A stretch of DNA of 64,000 nucleotides from an uncultured Pseudomonadales bacterium (GCA_964349305.1 CAYGFS010000002.1:425-64424); one strand, 5' to 3'; positions 44,023 to 54,616 are shown, numbered from the stretch's first letter. The notes: a model not told the origin generated them from the sequence alone. Numbers and translations are program-made.

Positions 44023-47000
44023 ATGGCGAAGAAAGAGAAAGAACCAAAGGAAGATGGAGAGAATGCCCCGCGTTCTGAGCCAGACAAGCAGTCTCAAGAC
44101 TCTCCCTTGGCATTTTTAGAGCAAATTGCGACATTGTTTAAACTAAGATTGCTAAAGGAAAAACTCGGAGTTGATAAGGTAGACCAAAATAAGCTCGGCG
44201 AATTGCAGATGAAGCTCGGCGGAGATGATGACGAAAAATCAGAGGCTGAAAGTGAGATCAGTAAAATTTATAGGCAAGTAATTGAAGTTGATCAGGCAAC
44301 CTTCCACAAAGAGGCCACGCTTGAAGATTCGTTACAAAAAGCGCTAATTACAGACGACGAGCTTCTAGGTAGGGCGCGACAAATAGATGCGAGAGTGCAG
44401 AGCTTGAGAGGAAAGGGGCCAGCCTCCGTAACAGAAACAGAGGTTGATGCTACGATAGCTGATTTAAATGAAGTTGCGGAAAAACTTGGTTTGGATATTA
44501 AAGTTGATAAAGGAAGGGTAGATAGCTTGGTGCACCAAGAAGTCGGTAAGCTCCATCGACTAAGAGATGAGATACAACTAGTTAGACAAAGGAATGAGAT
44601 CAAAGAAGTAGCCGTAGGCCTACAGGCAAAAATCAAGCGCGACAAAAAAGACGAAATATTAAAAGAGGAAGACTTTAAGGATGTTCCTGATGACTCTAAG
44701 CGGGTAATGAAAGTAAAAAGAGGAAACGAAGACCATCAAAAAGATGCAGATCAATATATAGATAACTTGAAGATAGATTTTACGGGTGATCAGCTAGAAA
44801 GAACTGATGAAGAACATTTGGCGGAGGGTTTTTTAAAATCAAAAGCACAAAACAGGCGGAGACTTAGATATGGAGATGGTTTTGAGGGTATCGCCAGGGC
44901 AGATGAGCTTACTTTTAAGGCTGGACTTATTTACTCAGACAGATTGGTGGATCAAATCGTTAAACGAGCAGTAAGAGGGGTCCCAGCTGGTCCAAGAAGA
45001 GATCTTATTGAACTACAAACTAGGTTGTTGGCAACAACAGGGGTGGTAGAGGCGTGGACGAGTAGAAGGAAAGATTTAACACCCGACGATGTGATTAGAA
45101 TGATTGAACAAAAACTACAACAAGGCCTTGGAAAACAGCCAGAAGTTCTCGAATTTTCTGACGAAACTCTACAAAATTCTTCGTATGATGCGACTCAAAT
45201 ACCCGGCCAACGTCGTCGTGGTAAGGAAAGTGCCGACCTTGATGCCCTACTTGATGGTTGGGGTGTTGATATGGCAAGTGTTACTAGAGCGTATAATGAA
45301 AGGAAAAGAGATTTTGACCAAAGGCCAAATAGGGTGATTGGCAGAGAGCACGCCATCCAATTTGATAAAGAATTCTTGGTTGATTTGGAAGCAATGTATC
45401 CAAACCTAGGTGCGAAAGAGCATGAATTTCTTAAGATTCAGGCAGAGGGGTTATTTGGGAATGAGCATTATAAAATTTTACAAGAGAAAGTTAGAGGCAA
45501 CGATTATGAGGGATACCTAAAATACTTAATGTCGTACTTGTATAAAGTAGGCCTAAGAGAAGGTCAACAAGACTTTCAATTACAAGCCATGATGCGTGAG
45601 GCTAGGACCATCTTAGCCAACGAAGGTCGTAGTGATTTATTGGATATATATAAAGCTTTTGAAAAGACGGCAATCTTTCATGAGGCCTATTTTCAACTGG
45701 ATCGTGAGGGCTATGCAAAGATATTGAATTCTTGGGGAGTAGAGCCACTGCAAGTGTTCAAAAACAAAGAGGCAAACACGCTTAATGTAGAGGTTGCAAA
45801 AAAAGATGGGACTAAACTAAACGATTTAGGTGTTATCAAATATGATGACCTGCTTCAGTCGGGAACATGGTCACATAGACTTATATATGGCGATAAAAGG
45901 GGTAGTGAACTCCATTATGACGAGGAAAAAGTTTATGACGACATGTTGGTCACTTTGCTTTACGGGAGCGAGGAACAGGCGTGCAGAATCAGAGGAACTA
46001 AAGTCATAAATATGGTAACTGGAGCTGAAGTTGCAGATTTGGCTGACAGGCTCGTAGTTGATGGTGACGAGATGAATTTGGAAAGTTTAATAATAGATAG
46101 TAGATACATGGCCGGTATTGCCCACGATATGTGGAGACTGGATGGAAGATGTGCCAATGTGTTGGATGATGTTTCGGTAGGTGGTGCTGTTGGTTTAAAT
46201 AAAGAACTCTTGACGACCTGGAAAATTCGTCGTTATGCAGAAGAATATGGTTTTGTGCCAACCTGGATGCTTGAAGCATTAAGTTTAGATAACTTTATCT
46301 ACGAAATAGAAAACTATAAAGACTTGGTCGGGGCGGGGATGAAAAAATTGTTTAAAGGTAAGGGGGGAGATGGAGCAGAAGTAGCCCAGCTCATTAATGA
46401 TCATATTAAGCGCAGGAGAGTGTTGAGGGGTGAAGAATTTCGGACAAACTACTTGCAGATTGAGGATGTTCGACTGTTATCTAAAAAAACAATGACGCTG
46501 AAGGATGCGGAAATAGAATATGTTCGCAGACAACAACTATTGGGCAACACTGTTGATATAAACGATTCGGCATATAAGGAGCAAATTGGCTTGTTACATA
46601 AAAAGTGGTCAACTAATTTGTTTACGGCTGGCCAGCGAGCTCAGATTGATGCTGTTGATTGGAAGAAGGTTAACGCGGAATATGCGGAGGAATTGGGGGT
46701 GGAGAGCATAGGAGATACTTTTGAAGATTTTATACAAAATTTTTCATTCGGGCGACTGTCCGCCACAGAGAAATTCCGAGGAACCGATCTGAAGGATTAT
46801 GGAGGCTATTTCCTTAAAAGTGGGGCGGTGGTGGACATATTTAAAAGTGGTTTTGCTGGGGGGGCAACAGAAGCAGTGGCTAAAATTTTTGGAACAATGG
46901 AGGGCTACTTGCCTTATGACAGCAGTGGGTTGCGTAGATTTATTATTAAAGAGATGGAAGTGATGTATAGTTGGGATGATAAAAAGTGGTCAGTGGAAGT

Positions 47001-47427
47001 CCCCAAAGAAGAAGTAAGGAAAGGTCCTAACGGGAACTTGATAGACGGAAATATGGATGGGAAGCGACTGCCAAACGGCGAACTGATGATGGATGAAAAT
47101 GGATACTGGGTGAGTGAAAAATCTAGAAAAATGCTTTACGGAGATAGTCTAATAGGGAAGAGTAGAATGCGGAAATCTAGAAATGAAAGAGATATAGAAT
47201 ACGCAGTGTATTCGATGGTGGGGTCTGGAACTATCGATCGAGACACGGTAGAAGAGTTCTTGAATAAGAAATATGGTGGAGTGTTTAAAAATAATAAGTA
47301 CATGGCGAGGGCTTGGAGGTGGATAAAACGAACAGCGTTTTTGGACGATCCCCTCATTTTATTTGAGGCTGCTTGGGAGGATGGGAAGAAATCTTTGGGG
47401 GGATTCTTTAAATACGTGTTTGGCTAG
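44023..47427 (+). CDS. large hydrophilic hypothetical protein (1134 aa), no TM, no NTP-binding motif
   Basis: Long intact ORF with good coding periodicity. Acidic/Lys-rich N-terminus. Sole plus-strand gene in the core T4SS block. Confidence 0.6.
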   Translation: MAKKEKEPKEDGENAPRSEPDKQSQDSPLAFLEQIATLFKLRLLKEKLGVDKVDQNKLGELQMKLGGDDDEKSEAESEISKIYRQVIEVDQATFHKEATLEDSLQKALITDDELLGRARQIDARVQSLRGKGPASVTETEVDATIADLNEVAEKLGLDIKVDKGRVDSLVHQEVGKLHRLRDEIQLVRQRNEIKEVAVGLQAKIKRDKKDEILKEEDFKDVPDDSKRVMKVKRGNEDHQKDADQYIDNLKIDFTGDQLERTDEEHLAEGFLKSKAQNRRRLRYGDGFEGIARADELTFKAGLIYSDRLVDQIVKRAVRGVPAGPRRDLIELQTRLLATTGVVEAWTSRRKDLTPDDVIRMIEQKLQQGLGKQPEVLEFSDETLQNSSYDATQIPGQRRRGKESADLDALLDGWGVDMASVTRAYNERKRDFDQRPNRVIGREHAIQFDKEFLVDLEAMYPNLGAKEHEFLKIQAEGLFGNEHYKILQEKVRGNDYEGYLKYLMSYLYKVGLREGQQDFQLQAMMREARTILANEGRSDLLDIYKAFEKTAIFHEAYFQLDREGYAKILNSWGVEPLQVFKNKEANTLNVEVAKKDGTKLNDLGVIKYDDLLQSGTWSHRLIYGDKRGSELHYDEEKVYDDMLVTLLYGSEEQACRIRGTKVINMVTGAEVADLADRLVVDGDEMNLESLIIDSRYMAGIAHDMWRLDGRCANVLDDVSVGGAVGLNKELLTTWKIRRYAEEYGFVPTWMLEALSLDNFIYEIENYKDLVGAGMKKLFKGKGGDGAEVAQLINDHIKRRRVLRGEEFRTNYLQIEDVRLLSKKTMTLKDAEIEYVRRQQLLGNTVDINDSAYKEQIGLLHKKWSTNLFTAGQRAQIDAVDWKKVNAEYAEELGVESIGDTFEDFIQNFSFGRLSATEKFRGTDLKDYGGYFLKSGAVVDIFKSGFAGGATEAVAKIFGTMEGYLPYDSSGLRRFIIKEMEVMYSWDDKKWSVEVPKEEVRKGPNGNLIDGNMDGKRLPNGELMMDENGYWVSEKSRKMLYGDSLIGKSRMRKSRNERDIEYAVYSMVGSGTIDRDTVEEFLNKKYGGVFKNNKYMARAWRWIKRTAFLDDPLILFEAAWEDGKKSLGGFFKYVFG

Positions 47428-48986
47428 CTTTTGGCCGACATTTCTTTACTACCCGGTGGATGGCTCGTAGTCTGAATAACGCCGGGTTGTTTATATTGAT
47501 CTGTGCCAAATATCTTTGCCTGTCTACGGTATCCGGCCTCTTTTTCGTAGGCACCTACAGCTGATCGGATTGGCCATCCACCGACTTGCCATGCGCCTCC
47601 CAACCCAGCGGCGATCTCTGATGTATATGGAGATTCTTTGACCTGGAGCCAGTCCATGGCCATCTTGGCTGCGGCTGGAGTCATGGTAAAAATAAAAAAT
47701 CCGATGAGAGCCATGATATCGTTGCCCTGGAGATTTGTACCAGTTAGAGTAAAGGGTGGGAGCCACATTTTGCCATCTGCTCCCACAGCAGAATAAAACT
47801 CACTGTTGCTGTTTACCCCAAAGGGATTGGGGTCTCCGAGCGTTGTACCCTTGAAAAGTAGGGAATTGGTGGGATCGCCGACAAGAATGGCTGAAAAGAT
47901 AAACATGGTACCAACAACGGGGAATGGGAGGAGATAGCTGGCGGTTTTTTTGAGCCACTCAGAGAACGCTTTACTGCCTGGCATTGCATTCATAAGCAGC
48001 TGAACAGGAGCTGTAACTGTTTGAACAATCAACATTACGTATGCCTTTACAAGTGTAAGCATAAGTTTGATCATCGTAACTCCGAGCCAAACGCCTGCGA
48101 TCAATGCAGAAGGAGAAACTACCGCGGCTGCCTTACCTAGGAATCCGACGACACCAGTGCCTAAGCCAGAGAGGAGTGAATCAGAAGCGGCTGCGACGGC
48201 CCAGATTACGCTATTGCGGCCATCAAAGATAATGCTCCAAGCCGACTTAGACATGAGCCTACTAATAGCTTTGACAGGACTATCGATAATCCCGACCGTA
48301 TTTAAGAGATATACGATAAAATAAATAATAAAGTACATGATGTCGATCATAAAACCAACGATGGCGTAACTAAAAGTGATGAGGAGGAGGGTGATGAGGA
48401 GGTTGGGGAGGGCGGTTTGGATGGTGATGATAGTTTGGGCGTTTACCTTGGTGCGCAGCATGATCATGATACCAACCACGACAAACATGATGATGTACAG
48501 AGAGTAAGCGAGATTACGAAAAGCCTTCCAGAATGGTAGAAAGGGTGCCATAGCTCCATAACCGGTTCCTTGGGCGAGGGCAGGCTGGGCAAGGCGTGGG
48601 AGTCCGATATTTTCCCTGAGATCCGCAATATATTCTTGACTAGAGATTTGATTTTGAAAAAGCATAGCAACATATTTGCTGGTTTGAGGAAGCAGGGCTG
48701 ACTTTACGCACGGAGTACCATCGGCATTTTGGATACCAAAAAGGGCAATGTTGGGAGCTGCAATATTGCTGATGGCAAATCTTCCAGCTGGAATGTCACC
48801 GCCCTCTTCTTCAAAGGCACTCAAATCGCAGTTGTCGGGTAACGGGACCTCATATTTGCCGAGATTCATAGGAGACTCTCCCTTTAAGTCGCTCAGTGAA
48901 AACGCCCTAGTTGGAGAAACATCGGCAAATAAAAGGCGAGCACCTATTACTAAGATGGCCAGAAGATATAAGGAGAACTTTTTCAT
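47424..48986 (-). CDS. polytopic membrane protein, VirB6/TrbL/PrgH-like candidate
   Basis: Signal peptide (MKKFSLYLLAILVIGARLLFA). About 7 TM helices. Periplasmic loops. Location within the T4SS cluster. Confidence 0.45.
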   Translation of the reverse strand: MKKFSLYLLAILVIGARLLFADVSPTRAFSLSDLKGESPMNLGKYEVPLPDNCDLSAFEEEGGDIPAGRFAISNIAAPNIALFGIQNADGTPCVKSALLPQTSKYVAMLFQNQISSQEYIADLRENIGLPRLAQPALAQGTGYGAMAPFLPFWKAFRNLAYSLYIIMFVVVGIMIMLRTKVNAQTIITIQTALPNLLITLLLITFSYAIVGFMIDIMYFIIYFIVYLLNTVGIIDSPVKAISRLMSKSAWSIIFDGRNSVIWAVAAASDSLLSGLGTGVVGFLGKAAAVVSPSALIAGVWLGVTMIKLMLTLVKAYVMLIVQTVTAPVQLLMNAMPGSKAFSEWLKKTASYLLPFPVVGTMFIFSAILVGDPTNSLLFKGTTLGDPNPFGVNSNSEFYSAVGADGKMWLPPFTLTGTNLQGNDIMALIGFFIFTMTPAAAKMAMDWLQVKESPYTSEIAAGLGGAWQVGGWPIRSAVGAYEKEAGYRRQAKIFGTDQYKQPGVIQTTSHPPGSKEMSAKS

Positions 48987-49008
48987 GATATGGGAATTTT
49001 AGCACAAA

Positions 49009-49539
49009 TTAAGGGCGCAATTTAAGAGAATCGATCCAGTACTGTGAGGTGGCGCGGACGTAATCTTTGTCGCCGTAAACGAAGATGAGTTTTTTGGGGT
49101 CGATATTTTGACCCTCGAGCATCTCCATGGCTTTGAGATAGCTTTCTTTAAAAGCGGTGACGTTGGGATTCTTTTTTTCGTCGAGCTCGTTTTTATTGAC
49201 GTAAGAGAGTCCAGAGATACCTAAGTAGACTATTTCGGCAGGATCGCTGTCTAGCCGGGTGATATTGATGGTTGTAACTATACCCACAGAGGTTTTGAAC
49301 GATTCGAGGTAGAGAGGGAGTTTGTTTTCGATCGACGAAACATAAATCATGGCTTGCTCGCGCTTTTCTTTGGAGAGGTTGACGGGGACGAGCCCACTGA
49401 GCTGGCTGGAGTCAGAAATACTAGTGGTGGGCGGACTGACATTTTTCTTCGGGGAGAGGACGATGACCAAGATAAGGATAAAGAGACTAGTTCCGATGGC
49501 GATAAGGACAGATTTGTTTTTGAGTAAGGATAAATTCAT
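49009..49539 (-). CDS. bitopic membrane protein (N-terminal TM + 140-aa external domain); VirB8-like candidate
   Basis: TM SVLIAIGTSLFILILVIVLS. T4SS context. Confidence 0.35.
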   Translation of the reverse strand: MNLSLLKNKSVLIAIGTSLFILILVIVLSPKKNVSPPTTSISDSSQLSGLVPVNLSKEKREQAMIYVSSIENKLPLYLESFKTSVGIVTTINITRLDSDPAEIVYLGISGLSYVNKNELDEKKNPNVTAFKESYLKAMEMLEGQNIDPKKLIFVYGDKDYVRATSQYWIDSLKLRP

Positions 49540-49550
49540 ATTTAATGTGT

Positions 49551-52376
49551 TTAAAACCCAGGTAGCTTGATAATATCACCGGCGATAAGGCGAAGGAGTG
49601 AGACTGAGAAAATGAGGAAGAGGAGGCCGGTGAGGGCAGAGAAGAAGAGATCACGGCCAGCCTGGAGCTTTTTGGCATCGTCTCCGGCGGTCATGATTTG
49701 GATGGTGCTGATGAGCATGGTGACGAGGGCGATGGCGCCGGCTATGCCCGCAACAAAACTGAGAAGGGCAGAGATAAAGGCGTCTCTCGTGAAGGGAAGA
49801 CAGCCAAGGGCGGTAGCGAGGGACTCTGATCCGCAAGTCTCGGGAGTAAAAGCACCCGCGGCGGCGGTGAGCTGATCGTCTGAGGCCACGGTTTGGCCGG
49901 GATTGGCTGGGGGAGGAGAGTAGGTGGGACTGCGAGCAGCGAGGTATTCGTGAACCACGAGGGCGGCGGTAAAGGCGCCAGGTCTGTCATTGCCGTATGG
50001 TTTGGGCGGGATACACGGAGTGAAATCATCACAATATAAGAGGAACATGTTGGTGCGTTTGCTATCGAGGAGGTTGGTGGCGTAGGGATCGTCGGCGCCG
50101 ATAAATTCGCGCGGACAGCCACCATAGGGAATGGGGGCGGGGAAGCCAACCTGGCAGTTGCTGTTGCCGCCGCCGTTGAAGTTGGAGATGGCGGCTACTA
50201 GTTTTTCGGTGTTGTCGATCGGGTGGCGGAGAATGGTTTTGCCGGTAATGATGGAGGTATCAACCAACGACTGTCCCCCCTCGAGTGGCTGGCCATTGGC
50301 GTTACTGCGCTTTTCTGGTCCTCCTAGGCTAGTAAAGTATGCGGTGGCTTCGGAGAAATGGATACCAGCCAAAATTTCGCAGGGCACCCCCGTTTCACCT
50401 TCGGCGGTTCCATAGGATTCTTCGAGGGCAGGATTGAGCTCACCATTTACAAACATGGCGGAGCTTAAGACGATTTGTTTAGCTGACTCAAGAGGAGCTT
50501 TCCAGGGAGAGTCGGCAATGATCTGGGCAAATTTGGTGCCGTCGCATTTACCCACCGCTATAGTTTGGTCGGTATTGTCAAAACAGCCGATACGGGTACC
50601 TAGAGCATAGGCCTGAATACTGGTGTCGAGCTGGGCAGAGAACATAGAGTCGTCACAGGCATAGTAACCAAGGCGACGTCTGGCATCGGCTGGTCCCATG
50701 TTTTTGCCGGCGTAGAGAAGCTCGGCTTCATCATCGACGGTATTGCTGAGATCAGCGTTAAAATCTTTGACGCTCTCTAACTCAGAAAGACTATCTCTTG
50801 TGTCGTAGGAAAATGATTGGAGGTCGGAGATGGACTGTCCCATGGCTTCGGGGACGGTGATCAGATGATATTTAACGATCTCAACTTCGTCGATGCGACC
50901 GCCATCACCCCACCCATTCCAAAAGAGTTCGAGGAACCAAGAGCTGTTAGCTTTGGGGTAGGCACCACCTGGGTCTTTGGTGAGTTTGGGTTGGAGGACA
51001 TAGTCGGGACAAGTTTTACCAGGACCCAGAAAAGTGTCTGGCTCGAGATAGTCGATCCACTGAGTAAAGTATTTCCAGTTTGACCAGGGCACATATTTGA
51101 GACAACCGTCTTTCATTTCGTTGTAGAGCCGATCGTGAATTTTGCTGGGGACGGCGTTTTCGCTGGCAGAACCGGCAAAACGGATGAGTGGGTTGGTGGC
51201 GGCAAGGTCTTTGAAAATTTTCACTGCCTGATCGAGTGGATAGGTGACAAATAGCTCGTACATGGAGGCGTTATATGCCTGAGAAATGGATGGATCATAG
51301 TACAAACCCCTGCGGACTCCGACCAACATTTCTTCAGGAACCCAACATTTGTCAGGGTTTTTGGGACAACAGACATTCCAAACACAGATAGTTGGGCGGA
51401 CAAAGCCCTGGCGGAAGGAGGGGGGGTAAAGTGGAACAGTGGCAAAATCTTTGGCCCACTCAGCCGGATCTTTTTTAGAGAGTTCGGCGGCGACAGTACG
51501 GACAACATATTCTTTTTCCTGGGCAACATCGCTGACGGCGTCGAGATTCCCCCCGGTTAAGAAAAAGTCATCGTCGGCTTCAACGATGGCCAACCCAGCT
51601 CCCGACATACCATCGGGGAGTTCGTCGTGAATGTCGATGAGTGACTTGGTCATATTGATGTCTTTGTATCCCCAGTCTACCCAGCCGAGCGGCCATTCCC
51701 CGGTAATGTTGAGGGTAGACTTGGTCTGTTTGGCGCGCTTGAGAACCATTAATTGGAGAATCGCTTTGTCTCCCTGATCGAGCATGAGCTGGTGAGAGCC
51801 GTAAGTAATCGGGTTTTCGGCTAGACCCACAAAACCGTAGGCGTTGGCTTCGTTTTGGAGCTTGGGATAGACGAGTTCTTCGCCCGAAAAATCGGTACCT
51901 TTGACGGTACGGCTAATACCTGGGCGCTGCTTGTAGCTGCATTTACCCTTCGTAGTCCCCTTAAGCTCTGAATTAGCATGTGCGGAACAACTGCCGTTGG
52001 GTCCTGACTCAGCATCTTTAACATATTCTCCAGAATTGCGGTTACAGATGGCTACAATTCCACCGTCACATCCATCTACCTCTTCACCCGTTTGGTTGTC
52101 GACGGCACAAACATAATCCCGCTGATCCCCTCCATCACAGATCATGTAGGGATCATAGTCGCGACTACGATCGCGATTTTCAAAAATTTTGAGAGCGGCA
52201 GGTCGAATATATTTGAACAAAGGGAAGAAAACCTCAAAATGATATTCTTCGTCTGGATTACCTTCGACCGAGAAGGGAGCAAATGGCTCGATTGATTCGG
52301 CCTGGGCGAGCGTAGGAGAGAGAAGAGCGAAGAGAGAAGAGAAAAAGATTATAAATAGGAGCAGTAGCCTTTTCAT
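49551..52376 (-). CDS. secreted Cys-rich ~940-aa protein whose C-terminal ~90 aa form a VirB2-like T4SS-pilin domain (adhesin-pilin fusion)
   Basis: Signal peptide MKRLLLLFIIFFSSLFALLSPTLAQA (start 1 nt after the upstream pilin stop). C-terminus ...FVAGIAGAIALVTMLISTIQIMTAGDDAKKLQAGRDLFFSALTGLLFLIFSVSLLRLIAGDIIKLPGF is ~60% identical to the stand-alone pilin at 59296-59703. Confidence 0.6.
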   Translation of the reverse strand: MKRLLLLFIIFFSSLFALLSPTLAQAESIEPFAPFSVEGNPDEEYHFEVFFPLFKYIRPAALKIFENRDRSRDYDPYMICDGGDQRDYVCAVDNQTGEEVDGCDGGIVAICNRNSGEYVKDAESGPNGSCSAHANSELKGTTKGKCSYKQRPGISRTVKGTDFSGEELVYPKLQNEANAYGFVGLAENPITYGSHQLMLDQGDKAILQLMVLKRAKQTKSTLNITGEWPLGWVDWGYKDINMTKSLIDIHDELPDGMSGAGLAIVEADDDFFLTGGNLDAVSDVAQEKEYVVRTVAAELSKKDPAEWAKDFATVPLYPPSFRQGFVRPTICVWNVCCPKNPDKCWVPEEMLVGVRRGLYYDPSISQAYNASMYELFVTYPLDQAVKIFKDLAATNPLIRFAGSASENAVPSKIHDRLYNEMKDGCLKYVPWSNWKYFTQWIDYLEPDTFLGPGKTCPDYVLQPKLTKDPGGAYPKANSSWFLELFWNGWGDGGRIDEVEIVKYHLITVPEAMGQSISDLQSFSYDTRDSLSELESVKDFNADLSNTVDDEAELLYAGKNMGPADARRRLGYYACDDSMFSAQLDTSIQAYALGTRIGCFDNTDQTIAVGKCDGTKFAQIIADSPWKAPLESAKQIVLSSAMFVNGELNPALEESYGTAEGETGVPCEILAGIHFSEATAYFTSLGGPEKRSNANGQPLEGGQSLVDTSIITGKTILRHPIDNTEKLVAAISNFNGGGNSNCQVGFPAPIPYGGCPREFIGADDPYATNLLDSKRTNMFLLYCDDFTPCIPPKPYGNDRPGAFTAALVVHEYLAARSPTYSPPPANPGQTVASDDQLTAAAGAFTPETCGSESLATALGCLPFTRDAFISALLSFVAGIAGAIALVTMLISTIQIMTAGDDAKKLQAGRDLFFSALTGLLFLIFSVSLLRLIAGDIIKLPGF

Positions 52377-52377
52377 G

Positions 52378-52659
52378 CTAGAAGCCAAACTTAAATTGAG
52401 TGACGTCAACACCAGTGATATTTTTGACGACAACTAAAACTAGCCAGGAGATGATGGCCAGGGCGATCCCGCCGACAGCAAGAGTAATGGTTTGTTTGCC
52501 AGCTGCCATGCCTTTGGCATCACCCGCCGAGGTGAGGATTTTGAATCCGCCGGTGAGAATCATAATAAAAGCAACGAGGCCAATGAGGGGGATCATGGCT
52601 TCGAGGATGTTACCAAAATATTCGGGGATGGAAGACAGCTCGGCGGCAGTTTCGTTCAT
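52378..52659 (-). CDS. VirB2/TrbC-like T4SS pilin paralog
   Basis: Two hydrophobic helices separated by ...LTSAGDAKGMAAGKQTIT.... TATAAT box 7 nt upstream of the ATG. Confidence 0.6.
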   Translation of the reverse strand: MNETAAELSSIPEYFGNILEAMIPLIGLVAFIMILTGGFKILTSAGDAKGMAAGKQTITLAVGGIALAIISWLVLVVVKNITGVDVTQFKFGF

Positions 52660-52663
52660 GGGT

Positions 52664-52861
52664 ACGATTATAGCAAAGGTTGGGGGAATGTCCGACTAAT
52701 CCTGATTTCTATTTTTTGTTTTTGTGAAGCTCGCTTCAGGAAAACGCGTAGTCTGGGGATTTACGCATTTTCTTGATAGGCTCGACCCTACAATGCACAA
52801 AAAACATAAACCAAGATTTTACCTGGAATTTTTATCATATCCATCTAGAGGGATATATGGT
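52664..52861. repeat. repeated intergenic module, second copy of 38586-38777
   Basis: ...ATTTTTTGTTTTTGTGAAGCTCGCTTCAGGAAAA... and ...CTACAATGCACAAAAAACATAAACCAAGATT blocks are shared. Confidence 0.75.
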
Positions 52862-53269
52862 TTAGTAGGCTTTGGGCGGGGTGATGTTGCCGTCTAAGAT
52901 GTTGATGCCGAAGAAGTAGGAGATGATCAACATGATGGCCCAGGCGGACGCGACGACAGCTAGACCCACGAGGGCAGCAGTAATGCGGTCGCGAGCTTCT
53001 TGGGTTTTACCCTTGTCACCACCACTGGTGATCCACTGGATACCACCCCAAATGAGGAACATAAAGACGAGCAGAGCAGAGACCACAATGGCTCCCTGGA
53101 CGACGCCTTGGATGAGGGTTCCGATATTGGTGATGGCGACGTTTTCTGGCTTGCCGATGGAGAGATCGGGGGCACCGGGGGCGGCGGCTTGGACTTTTGA
53201 GATGAATTGATCGAACATAATGGTTTCTCCTTTATTTATTAGTGTAGTGAGTATTTTATCATTTAGCAA
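52862..53269 (-). CDS. VirB2/TrbC-like T4SS pilin paralog
   Basis: ...IWGGIQWITSGGDKGKTQEARDRITAALVGLAVV... Confidence 0.65.
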   Translation of the reverse strand: MLNDKILTTLINKGETIMFDQFISKVQAAAPGAPDLSIGKPENVAITNIGTLIQGVVQGAIVVSALLVFMFLIWGGIQWITSGGDKGKTQEARDRITAALVGLAVVASAWAIMLIISYFFGINILDGNITPPKAY

Positions 53270-53567
53270 GGCCTATGCCAAAGAAGTAATCGAGGAGCAA
53301 ATAAACCGCCCAAGCAGAGGCGACGATAGCGAGTCCGATAATCCCGTTGGTGATTTTGGCTCTGGCTTCTTCGAGCTTGCCCTTGTCGCCACCACTCATA
53401 ATCCACTGGACGCCGCCGTAGATGAGATACATAAAAGTGGCAAGGCCAGCGACGAGGATGATGGCCGAGAATACCTTGCTGACAAAACTGCCAAGATCAG
53501 TGTTGATGGCTACCCGAGATTGGGTTTCGTCGCCGATATTGACACTAAAAGATCCGCTGTTTGCCAT
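53259..53567 (-). CDS. VirB2/TrbC-like T4SS pilin paralog
   Basis: ...IYGGVQWIMSGGDKGKLEEARAKITNGIIGLAIV... Confidence 0.65.
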   Translation of the reverse strand: MANSGSFSVNIGDETQSRVAINTDLGSFVSKVFSAIILVAGLATFMYLIYGGVQWIMSGGDKGKLEEARAKITNGIIGLAIVASAWAVYLLLDYFFGIGLAK

Positions 53568-53571
53568 AAGT

Positions 53572-53907
53572 TTATCCTGCTGTAGGCCAACTAATATTTA
53601 AGAGATTCATGCCGATCGCGGTTTCGATAAATTTGATGATGACATAGGAAGCGGCGAGGATGGCGAGTCCAACCAGTCCCTGGGTAATTTTGCCCCGAGC
53701 CTCTTCGATTTTGCCTTTGTCGCCGCCAGCAGTGATCCAAGTAAGACCACCCTGGAGGAAGTAGAGGAGGAAGGCTAGACCGCCGACCAAAATGATCGTT
53801 TGCCAAAGAGTAGCGACGGTAATGGCGAACTGCTTGGGTGAGTCGTCGGGCGAGGAGCCACCAGGGACGGCGACGTTAGTAATTTGAGCAATGAGTCGGT
53901 TGTTCAT
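53572..53907 (-). CDS. VirB2/TrbC-like T4SS pilin paralog
   Basis: ...LQGGLTWITAGGDKGKIEEARGKITQGLVGLAIL... Confidence 0.65.
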   Translation of the reverse strand: MNNRLIAQITNVAVPGGSSPDDSPKQFAITVATLWQTIILVGGLAFLLYFLQGGLTWITAGGDKGKIEEARGKITQGLVGLAILAASYVIIKFIETAIGMNLLNISWPTAG

Positions 53908-53909
53908 AT

Positions 53910-54272
53910 TTAATTGACCTTGATATTGTTAATGAGACTGCCGGGGTTGAGGATGTCGATTCCGAGGGCCTTGCCGACAATCCAGACGATGGCATATGAG
54001 ACGGCAATGACGATGATGCCAGTGGCACCGCCCGTCATCATGCCCTTGGCTTTGTCGATCTTGCCTTTGTCACCACCAGCCGTGATCCAATTGAGGCCGC
54101 CCAACAGGAAGTAAAGAGTGAAGGCGATCCCGGCCACGACAGTCAAAACCACTAAAACGTTACTAATGAGCTTTTCAACGGCACTGGTTGATCCCTCGAT
54201 GCCACCACCTGGCTGATAGCCTCCCGGGGTGGTAATTTGCTGGAAACCGATGTCGGCGATGAGTTTGGACAT
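53910..54272 (-). CDS. VirB2/TrbC-like T4SS pilin paralog
   Basis: ...LLGGLNWITAGGDKGKIDKAKGMMTGGATGIIVI... Confidence 0.65.
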   Translation of the reverse strand: MSKLIADIGFQQITTPGGYQPGGGIEGSTSAVEKLISNVLVVLTVVAGIAFTLYFLLGGLNWITAGGDKGKIDKAKGMMTGGATGIIVIAVSYAIVWIVGKALGIDILNPGSLINNIKVN

Positions 54273-54274
54273 AA

Positions 54275-54616
54275 TTAAATACTCCCTGGGCCGGTAATTT
54301 TAGGTGACAGAATTGCGGTGGCGCTGCCGAAGAGGAGGTACGAGACGATCCCAGTAACGGCCGCAGCAGCCACCATGACTACGAGCCCAATGAGGGACAT
54401 GTTGATTTGGGCGGTAGCCGCCTCAATCTTTTTGGTGTCACCGGCGGAAGTAACATAGCTAAACCCGGCAATCATGAGGTTGAAAAAAGCAAAAATACCG
54501 GCACCTGCAAAGATGATGGTGATGACATTGGTGATAAAAGTGGGAAGACCTGAACCAACGTCGCCGTATCCAGTGAGAGGTGACTTGATGGTTTCGCCTA
54601 ACAAATCGTTTGCCAT
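54275..54616 (-). CDS. VirB2/TrbC-like T4SS pilin paralog (divergent)
   Basis: ...MIAGFSYVTSAGDTKKIEAATAQINMSLIGLVVM... Confidence 0.6.
   Translation of the reverse strand: MANDLLGETIKSPLTGYGDVGSGLPTFITNVITIIFAGAGIFAFFNLMIAGFSYVTSAGDTKKIEAATAQINMSLIGLVVMVAAAAVTGIVSYLLFGSATAILSPKITGPGSI

Noticed and set aside
49567-52699. Ala/Pro-rich antisense ORFs (49567-49875, 49742-50149, 52400-52699, and others) within the 960-aa gene and the pilin genes
   Set aside because: Nested antisense frames of GC-rich coding sequence with no independent support.
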